From NCBI GenBank assembly GCA_032718475.1, contig JAUCBJ010006114.1, forward strand, positions 3,632-67,631: a stretch of DNA of 64,000 nt, written 5' to 3'. This stretch comes from Nemertoderma westbladi (Eukaryota; Animalia; Xenacoelomorpha). Positions 47,601-55,785 of this stretch are shown here, piece after piece. The notes under the pieces were generated by a model that searched no databases, was not told the DNA's origin, and worked only from the letters and a program-made list of their open reading frames with translations. The translations under genes were made by a program, and so were the position numbers. Within the stretch, counting starts at the first letter, position 1, and each line of letters begins with the position of its first letter.

Positions 47601-49689
47601 CCTTTTGCAACTCTAACCTACTTTCCCTTACTGTGCCCTTGAATTGCTGGACAGTCTCTTCCAACTCTCGGACCTGTTGGGAGGAGCGTATCCGATTCTC
47701 CTTCATCTCTCCAAGGAGAATATCCATCCCCCGCCGTCTCTCGTCTACCCAATCAACCGCCGAAACGGGATCCGCCAACGTCGTAGCGGGCAGACGAGGG
47801 ACAACGGGCGACAAATTTGGAATATTTCGCTCGGGGTCCAGGACCTGAACTGTCTCCTGGGCAGTTCTACGGGGCACAGGTAGCTTAGTGCTATGCAGAG
47901 GGAATTTAGAGGTAGTTTCAGGGAGCACAGGTGTGTCTATCACCGAAGGGGTGATTTCAAGAACAGGCCTAATTATTTCAGGCTCATCTACTATAGTAGG
48001 GAGTCTTTCTATTTTAATTATTTGGTCTGTGGGCTCTGTACTACCTAAGTTGGTGTTATTTAGTTGCCTTCTAACAGCTGGAGGCAAATCAGGCAATTTC
48101 TGACGGTGGAATGTTCTTTTACGTCTACTTAGACGAGATCTATTTCCTTTGCCTTCAGTATCGGTGGTATCGCCTTCCTCAGATGATGTAAATCCCTGTC
48201 TCTTGGAAGTAGTCCGACTTATCAGCTGCATATCACTAGCCGTTAACTGTTTATTGAAGTTGTCTTGCCTCTCTTGAAGATTTTCCAACTCTAGTTGGGT
48301 TGCCTCTTCAGATGCCCTCCGTTCTGCTTCTGCCACTGCCTCTGCTGTTTTTCTTTCGGCTTCTGCCGCTGCCACTGCTGCTGCCGCTTTCCTTTCCGCT
48401 TCGGCCTCTGCCACTGCCACTGCTGCCTTTCTTTCCGCTTCTGCCTCTGCCACTGCTGCTGCCGCCTTTCTTTCCGCTTCTGCCTCTGCCACTGCTGCTG
48501 CCACTGCCGCTGCCTTTCTATCTTCTATACGTTTTTTCTTTAATTGTTCTTCTTGGTCTCTAGCGATGCGGAGTTGTTCATCGAATTTAGCTTGGTTCGC
48601 CGCTAACCTATCCACATCAATTGCATCCAACACACGCTGGGCTCCTTCACTATTAGGGCTAAGCCCATCTAGTCTTCTCCGCAACTCTTCATCACCTACA
48701 AAACGCTGATAGTCTGACAGATAGATGTCAATGGCATCCCTCTTATGCGGTTTCTCTGCCGTCGCTTCACTTTCCACTTGGGAAAAAGTAGCGTCTGTTG
48801 ATTCTCCATGGGTTGAGCGCTCCTCCAACTGAGCTTTCCACTGAGCTGCTCCTTGAACCTGGCGACTCACCCGTTGAAACCAAGTCTTTACGGCAACTTG
48901 CAACGACGTGTCTTGTTTTCTTTTAGAAGCCTCCTCAAAGGCGGATAAGATTAGCCTAATCCGCAGAACTCTTTCTCTAACTTGATAAAGCAGCGATCCC
49001 TGCTCTTGAGGTCCTTGAGGTTGTTGAAAAAGTTGCTTTTCTATTCGCTCCATAGAGCTGAAGAATCCCTGTGCGTATCCGGCTGCGGACCTCTTCCACA
49101 CAGCTGGATCGATGGTTTCCTTGGCTACTCCCATCCGGTGTATGTCTTCCCAGGCAGCTTCTGATAAATCAAACGGGAGTCCGGGTCCGGGGAAGTTCCA
49201 TTGCGACTCGACAATAGACTTCAGTTCTTCACTAGTGTATCCCGCGTAACTATCTCTAGTTGACCGTTGACTTCTCGCCCAATCGATCTGGTGTTCTTCC
49301 ACCACGATCAATAACCCAGCGAGCACGGCTGCAGGAAGGATGAGAAGGGGATCCGTATAAATCGCATCCGTCATCTCTGCTCCGCTCTCGGGTGTCAGCT
49401 CTACAGTATCCTCACTACTGGAGCTGCTGGGCCGCTGAGGAATAAGTTCTTGACTAACGGGTTGTTGCTGTTCCGCTGCTTCTTGGTCCCGCTTGACCTG
49501 AGCTCGGGTGCCTATGATAGACCTACGATGTTGGACTAGCCTAGGTTCTGTTATTACTACTGGAGGGATGACCTTCCTCACAGTGGGAGGTGAACTGAAC
49601 TTACGACCAGACGGTTGTACGTCTCGATCTGAGTTGCAGATAGTTACATCTAATAAACTGTCTGACAGGTTCTGCTTAGTATCAGACAT
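44677..49689 (-). CDS. BEL/Pao Gag-protease polyprotein (1670 aa) with in-frame loss of RT and most of RNase H, and no integrase
   Basis: DUF1759-like KFNGD..KW..F...EKL.FL...LEG, triple zinc knuckle (CVLCDGPH..., CYNCL..GH...C, CAKC..KHH.LLH), protease ALLDSGS and ILIG...RT.VGW.L.GP. It then jumps directly to QWRY.P...NP.D.ASRG and YSSW..L. Confidence 0.93.
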   Translation of the reverse strand: MSDTKQNLSDSLLDVTICNSDRDVQPSGRKFSSPPTVRKVIPPVVITEPRLVQHRRSIIGTRAQVKRDQEAAEQQQPVSQELIPQRPSSSSSEDTVELTPESGAEMTDAIYTDPLLILPAAVLAGLLIVVEEHQIDWARSQRSTRDSYAGYTSEELKSIVESQWNFPGPGLPFDLSEAAWEDIHRMGVAKETIDPAVWKRSAAGYAQGFFSSMERIEKQLFQQPQGPQEQGSLLYQVRERVLRIRLILSAFEEASKRKQDTSLQVAVKTWFQRVSRQVQGAAQWKAQLEERSTHGESTDATFSQVESEATAEKPHKRDAIDIYLSDYQRFVGDEELRRRLDGLSPNSEGAQRVLDAIDVDRLAANQAKFDEQLRIARDQEEQLKKKRIEDRKAAAVAAAVAEAEAERKAAAAVAEAEAERKAAVAVAEAEAERKAAAAVAAAEAERKTAEAVAEAERRASEEATQLELENLQERQDNFNKQLTASDMQLISRTTSKRQGFTSSEEGDTTDTEGKGNRSRLSRRKRTFHRQKLPDLPPAVRRQLNNTNLGSTEPTDQIIKIERLPTIVDEPEIIRPVLEITPSVIDTPVLPETTSKFPLHSTKLPVPRRTAQETVQVLDPERNIPNLSPVVPRLPATTLADPVSAVDWVDERRRGMDILLGEMKENRIRSSQQVRELEETVQQFKGTVRESRLELQKVQQSIALERDKLVNTQKGIPPPPVTMCQPVRSEVSHAQGVEPTRIYTASEIETPIVNPIKGNYKPVDNDISSRLDNNPRNLYTDNSLFNNAMAQESFTRQMARTEARQAVKVGEIVKFNGDEMKWLPFNEYYKDNIQNSLLSNGEKLRFLIECLEGSPKLMALKFIGHPDGLRQVWDTLNIRYGNRNNIARYLYAKLMAPRKFLSSGIIEFSDEIQEICRQLDWLGKSHEYQNSMVVGALASTLPKGGVGTRWDKKVLYMMEQQQRDPTMTDLMSFLDREVKLQLLRQSIEKTLENKVSEKPVSRRRVTPVCYTDDGESQTSQGEDSGKDTDRSYYVNKMPKDQVSKSESRPNDRREPVQKTLPTSPKRIQVRKPEERTSVHHIAQVKVSNIKPKCVLCDGPHRLNACDKFLRKSLEDRREVMWDKRLCYNCLRRGHQRRTCNSDARCAKCGAKHHILLHTEFERNSPSQVSESELHVQFSDVNDTDQSEMEGFYTDEFSDQNESCYLINTTAVYRALMYEKDTDSDLTLTTSDQQPSWKAPTSNIGIREFPVVQLRVHGPQKSYIVNALLDSGSTGTFIDKELAENIFAGQPKFQTKLNMSGIMQVWKSTITADYYVGALSTPQDELGEHSIRSVKMVAIKNFATTQADLYDWDEDESIQHLNIPRFQTDYPGVQILIGQNAHEALETLEKRPAQPQPLQTYAVRTRVGWYLTGPSGRTLRERLLQDRVCQVSEWEDDTSEGDDPTEGTPHSSDNDNLSSNVDQWRYCPKKFNPTDIASRGATPQELTDTIDRLGEPDFLSKENEWPPHLTPTEIRPAKGAEKVEPETRTGGSELFEPGIDLSVLHIARDDAVDLDLPTASGSFMKIRESDWSSGTSDVSQGLSPLLQGATDHYSSWNRLCKAVVYLERCLYRHYSRTKRKPGIVFGMQRLNHPVGRLCLPEGNGGLSGNCGRQDSLPTTTSLILQTSRDSIT

Positions 49690-51585
49690 GACTAGGTATG
49701 TACAGTTGAATGCCTACTGCTATATTACAGTCTAAGCAAGTCTAGTAACTCAGTATGAACTGCTAGCCTAGTAATTAATTACCGTTACTGCTACTCAGTG
49801 TAGCGTGATATATATATAATATATTAGAATACCGGTATACTTATAGTATATATAACTATATAAGTATTATTACAGACTAGGTTTATCACAGAATACCGGT
49901 ATAATTTTAGCACAAATATATATAAATATATAATAGGCCTATCGGAATACCGGTATACAGCTTACAGTTTGTAGTATATATAATTCTGGAATAGAATTAA
50001 TTACAAGTACCGGTATAATTTCAGCCTAGATTTATAGAAATAAGATAATAGGCCTATCGTAAATACCGGTATATCAATTATTTTGGAATAATTGAATTTC
50101 TGAACTTTAGGGTTACTTGGTTACTTTAACTTACTTTATTACCGTTATTTAAGCAGTAATCCAACTGATATTGAGACCTAATGGTTGTATGGTAGGCCTA
50201 CTATTTATAAATCGTTAGATTTGATTTATAATATATATATACCCGTTTTAATGGGTTTAGTCAATGTTTGAAATAAATGTTATTATTTCTGGGGTAATCA
50301 CTACACAAAGCGGTGCGCTTTCAGTGAAGTGTTACGTATAGGACACTAAAACAAATAATTCTAATTTACCTAAGTTACTTAATACTACAAATTACGTACA
50401 ATTCGGGTGAGATTACAATCTCTAAATAAATGCAAAAATTTATAAAAAACACAAAATACGAATTTTTTAGGGTAATTTTACAAGAAGTCTACAAACCAGC
50501 CTAACAAAGGGTTAGAAAACTGGTTATTACAACGGACAGGGTACTGCGGTATTTGAAAATAATACGTAGTAGTAAATTCACTGCGTTGTCCAGATAGGAA
50601 AATACCACCGCCTGACGACCTATAGCCGTATCGCTATAGGTTCTACGTTATGTATCACGGAGTGTTCCTACCTAGAAGTTAATAGAGCTAATCGAATGTG
50701 CCTATCAACCACTTTACAACACAAATATAATGCCTACACTAACTATTTTCGGAAAGCACTGTACACTAAACCCTAAATTAGGTACGAGTACTTGTACAAC
50801 AGATAATCAGTAGTTAAATATACTTGAACAGCTAAAAGAACCACGGCATCTGCTGGAGTGACCGATGCACAAAATCACCAGTCTTTACCTACGCCGAGCA
50901 GCCCGTGTAGTACCGGGGTTAATTTAACTATAGCGGTATGTATAACAAACACAATTACTGTAGGAACAAACTTGGGGAATGAATGTTGCGGATAATCGCA
51001 TAAACTCTGAATAATAAATATTACGCTACGCGTACAAACTACTCAAACAAAATACAGACCGAACACTGACAGACTACTATCAAGCCTAAACAAACTACGG
51101 TATATGCAGACTCCGAAATGATTAGGGAGTATGCGCTCTAACCCAGTAGTGCGACTTATTCTTTAGTTGGGGGTTTACCTTACAGCGTTCGCTGCCCCTA
51201 CTTCCTAACCGTACTTAATCGGACAGGTGATCTACACACACTGCAATCCGTTCAGACTTAACAGAAATCAGACAACAGCTCAGCCTACAAATCGTCTGCA
51301 CAATCTGATCAGGTTTACACGCCTTCTGTTCAATACTGGCCTACAAACAAATAAAACTGACAGAAATAGGCCTAAGTAAAATCCCAATAAAAACCAGGCG
51401 TCCCCGATTAATTATTAAGACCTACCGGCATATATAATCAAATCGAATAATACTGCTGTACTTATACGGAAGTACCGGTTAGGACAGTTAGGCCTACTGA
51501 CCTACAGATGGACCGTTCAGGTTTACCGGTTGACCGGTACTTTCAACTTTATTGCTTACTGCAATAAAGAAGCGATATCCTTTAA

Positions 51586-52817
51586 TGTTCGCGCTTTCAG
51601 ACCTTTGGCAGTTTAACCCGCCAAATTAGAATGTCTTCTAGATAATAAATCACTTTTAGTCTATGACAAGTATTTGATTCACTACACTAGTCGAAACCAA
51701 TCTGTGCGCGATCATTCACCCGCTGGATATTCCCGGGAGATTGGGTTCGACGGTTTAATTTTATTGCTATGTAAGCCTAATGTATTATTCGACTGACAGT
51801 ATTATATAATCTCTGACAATATTATTCACCTTCGGGAATATTAACAGTTCCTTTAGGACGTGGCGCTTTATCTATATAAACAGAGTTATGACTTAAACTA
51901 CTCACAACGATATGGCTTAATTATAATTCACATATATGGCGCATTCTTTAGGAATTGCTTCTTTAACAGACTCACTCATACACAATGCTGCACAATACTG
52001 CACACTAATCTGCCAATCTTCACTGATTTTAGTCACATATAAAAGGAACACAGACTGACTCATGTAGGGTCTATCAAATAACATTAGGTTCACTTCAAAC
52101 CACTTTAACATAAGTCACAATCGTTATTGGTAACCTTTCTCTCTTACCTTCGGTATATCAAGAATATTGGGTTTTCGGGGTTATTTCTCGTTATTCCAAT
52201 ATAATAATTCATCAACAATATAATGAATAACCGACAACAAATAGCAGTACACAGTATCGATTGAGCAGGTAATTTTAGCAGTTTCAGCAGTTATTAAAAG
52301 CCGTGTGTCAGCAGTCAGTGTATTCCCAGATCAGTGATTCCATGAGTTTGATCGGTATGTCAGTTAAAGGATATATGCCCTTATAATTAAACCTACTAGT
52401 GTAAGACTAAAAACTGAAAACACGGAGGTGCCAAAAGCCGGTTCTTAGGCTCTGGGCAAAAACATAACACTGAACTACTGAGTTTCTGTATATACCTCCA
52501 ACACAGAGACAACAAACGCTCTGATTGGTCAACCTGAACAACGAGAGAACAGAGAAACAAAGAAACGTCGACGTGGCAATATCAGCTGCTAGCCGTCGTC
52601 ATGGTAGCGACACTGTTTTCAAGAGTATCGAGCTTTTACGTCACGGAATTACGGATTATGTCCTCTAAAGTACAAATACAGAAGAAATAGCTTTCATGTC
52701 CGCTAAAACACCAGTACAGCAAGGACACGGCCTTTTTATGCCTGGTAAACCAACTACAGAGTACTTTACGGGAAAAATAAGGAAAAATAACCGGACAATT
52801 CAGCAAAAGCTTTTACA
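51586..52817 (-). repeat. 5' LTR of BEL element 1 (1232 bp), with a CCAAT (~52523) and a TATA-like (~52490) motif on the minus strand
   Basis: Direct repeat of 39094-40324 with TG...CA ends. Minus strand reads CCAATCAGAG...GGTATATACAG...TCAGT. Confidence 0.96.
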
Positions 52818-52959
52818 ATCATTATGTGAGAGTTTGAGAATTTCAACTCTTAAACTTTTTTAATTAAACCAATTATTCGTATTTTCGAAAAAGCGTCAAG
52901 TCTCCTTCAATGGGAAGTAATCCAAATTGTCGACATGCTGCAGCTAGGGGGTCTGCCAT

Positions 52960-53891
52960 TTACGAAGATTTATAATATGTTAATATAAGTATATAATAAT
53001 ATAATATAAGTAAATACATAATATTAGGTCGACCGGTTGGAACGTTGGGATTTCTAGAAGGACGAATAAGATAGTGGTTCCAAACTGATGCTAATGTGTC
53101 TAGTTCGTTTTGAATTAGTGAAGTAAAACAGAACTGAACGACAGCCTTTGAAACAAAGTCTCCGGGGAGGATACCTTCTGCCTGCAATTCTTTAAATAAT
53201 TCTATCCAGAACTGCGCGTTCTCCTTCCGAAGAACCCCCCACCAACTCTCGATTCTTTGATTTGCCGTACTGCGCCCGTCTGTATACGCCCGGGTTACCA
53301 AGCCATCAGTGCAATTGCGGCGGAAAAACATCTGAAAGCTTCTCACGTAGGCGTTTTCAGTTCCGTAGTCTGCCCTGACCATTAAAGGGCATCCACCAAG
53401 GCGAGATACTAAATCAACAAAATAGCCACCAATAATTTTTGGGTTGTTATTGGTTTTATAAACTTCTAAGAACAAAATCTTCCGTGTAAACCCATCTATG
53501 CAACCGCTTATACATAGACCGAACGGTTTTAGTTTATCATAGCCGTCCAAATGCCAGAGGTAATTTGGACCTCTGGCATAGTATGAACGTCGTTTAAGTC
53601 GGTGCGATTGTCTAAGCTCGACTCCACGCGGATCAAGTTCCTTGAGAATTATTCGTACGTCCTCCTTTTTCACAACTAAGCCGTTGTGGCGACATTTTCA
53701 AACATCATTCTATAACCCAGCATGCTTCCCGATCCAGCCAATTGATTTTTAATAAATTCTACAACTTCTTCCAATGGTGTATAATTTCGACGTTGTAATC
53801 CGAAATCTTTAAATAAACGTTTTAGTTGCCGCTCACCAATGTTTATCCCATGATCATTGGCGAGTACAGACGAAATATCTTTATAAGGCAT
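52960..53891 (-). pseudogene. IS3EU-like (integrase-core DDE) DNA transposase, frameshifted between 53673 and 53676 and truncated
   Basis: N-terminal HTH-like HGINIGERQLKR...GL.RR and GYRMM, then RR.YYARGPNYLWHLDGYDKLKPFG.CI.GCIDGF.R, VRADYGTEN and STANQRIESWW. Confidence 0.8.
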
Positions 53892-54283
53892 TTATAAGGC
53901 ATGCTAAGGTAAAAATAAATTTTGAGAAGCGGCATTAACTGATCGGGCCACATAATGTCAAAATGTGCTGAGCATGCAATAGTTCGCGTTGCTAAGTTGA
54001 ATTACTACGAATTCAATTAAGTGGCAAACTTCGAACTGTTGTCATACACGAAACATACAGGAACAGAACAGAAACGTAAGAACCACTGAGATACAATTTT
54101 AATTTCCCTCTAATTTAGTTCTCCTATGTTACTACAACCAATCAAACAACTCCAAATTTGTAATATTAACGTAAATTATCGTTGAAGCTATCATGAGGGC
54201 TCGTGTTAGCTAACACGAGGGCTCGTGTTTTGGCACTTAGAAGGATAATTAAAGAATTAACCAAAAAGAAAGACAGGCATCTG

Positions 54284-55762
54284 TGTTAAGACGAACGGCC
54301 GCCCAAAGTAGACTCCACGGGGAAATTAGTTTTTTAGCCTGATATTTATACTATTTATTTAATGCATTATTTTTAACGTGATTTGCTTTGTGTCCTATCT
54401 ATTTGGTGTACTATTTTTTAGCTTGCAATTTATCCTATGAAATCTATGCGGTGTATTATTTCGGCTTATAATTTATTTATGTCTTTAATTATTATTTTTA
54501 ACGTGATTTGCTTTGTGTCCTATCTATTTGGTGTACTATTTTTTAGCTTGCAATTTATCCTATGAAATCTATGCGGTGTATTATTTCGGCTTATAATTTA
54601 TTTATGTCTTTAATTATTATTTTTAACGTGATTTGCTTTGTGTCCTATCTATTTGGTGTACTATTTTTTAGCTTGCAATTTATCCTATGAAATCTATGCG
54701 GTGTATTATTTCGGCTTATAATTTATTTATGTCTTTAATTATTTATTTAGTGTATTATTTTTTGGCGTACGATCTATAATGTTGATCTATTTGCTGGGTG
54801 ATTATTTTCGGCTTAGGGCTTGTTCTGTATTGATTTTGTTGGTGTGCGTACTTGTATATTGGCTGTGACGACATCTATTGGGTTATGATTTTTATTGGTG
54901 GGCCGCGAGTTGATTATTGGGTTTATTTTTAGCTCGGTTATTATTGGTATGTACCTTTATACCTCGCCTGGGGCAGGCTCGGGTATTGCTTGGGGTGGGC
55001 GTACTTAGCTGCTATATTGGATATGTAAACACGATTGGCTTCTGTAAAGTTGTAGGATAATATGCGGCCGTTATTGCTTTTGTGAGTTTTGATTGGAGGA
55101 TTCCTTTCGGGAGAGGTGTATTCAAGGCTTGGCTTTGTGACATTATTGCTTTGAATGTTGTAGCTAATAATAGCCTAGGTTGGGATGGTTGAAGTTTGTG
55201 TTACTCTATTGTTGCAAGGGTCAAACTGATTATAGCTCGTTTGCTTGTCTGCCCGTTGAGGTAATGTGCAGTTTGTTCGGTAATCTGTTGACACCTTTTA
55301 TATTGGTTGAGTTTGGTATATAAACTATAGTTATGGGATTCATTAGTCAGTAGCCTACGAACCCCAGCCAACTGTCACGCCATTTAATTAATGTTTTTTC
55401 TTTTGGTCCCGGCCGGACCGGTAATTTTATTATTATTATTAATGCAATTTTGCGGCTAAATTTTACTGTCTAATTGAAATTAAATAAAAATTAAATCTCT
55501 ACACTGCACGTATTTAACTATTTTTCTTTATGTTTTCGTCATGGTGAAAACGAATCACGGGCTCGCCGATCTCTAGATCTAGGAAGGTAACCACCTGGAC
55601 AACCCCCCCCCCCCTACCCCTCTCGTATAGGCATACTCTTTAAAAAAGGGCAAGCACATACCAGGCTACCGCACTCCCCACACACTCCACGAACCTTATA
55701 GGGAATCAAAGGCAACCACACGCTGGCCTGGTAGATAGTCTGCACACACCCTCTTTTTTACA
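54284..55762 (+). repeat. 5' LTR of BEL element 2 (1479 bp, three 125-bp tandem units)
   Basis: Repeat of 62015-63381. The AACGTG marker occurs at 54375, 54500 and 54625. TATATAAA at ~55317 and AATAAA at ~55483. Confidence 0.96.
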
Positions 55763-55785
55763 TTCGAACCGGATACTACCGAACT

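Larger units (their letters stand above)
39094..52817 (-). mobile_element. BEL/Pao LTR retrotransposon, non-autonomous (Gag-protease only), 13.7 kb, TSD ATCAT
   Basis: TG...CA LTRs at 39094-40324 and 51586-52817. ATCAT at 39089-39093 and 52818-52822. BEL-type Gag/PR ORF inside. Confidence 0.95.

Noticed and set aside
50610-50650. CTGACGA followed by a hairpin, as a possible hammerhead
   Set aside because: There is no GAAA after the stem and no stem I/III pairing. It is kept only as a hairpin.
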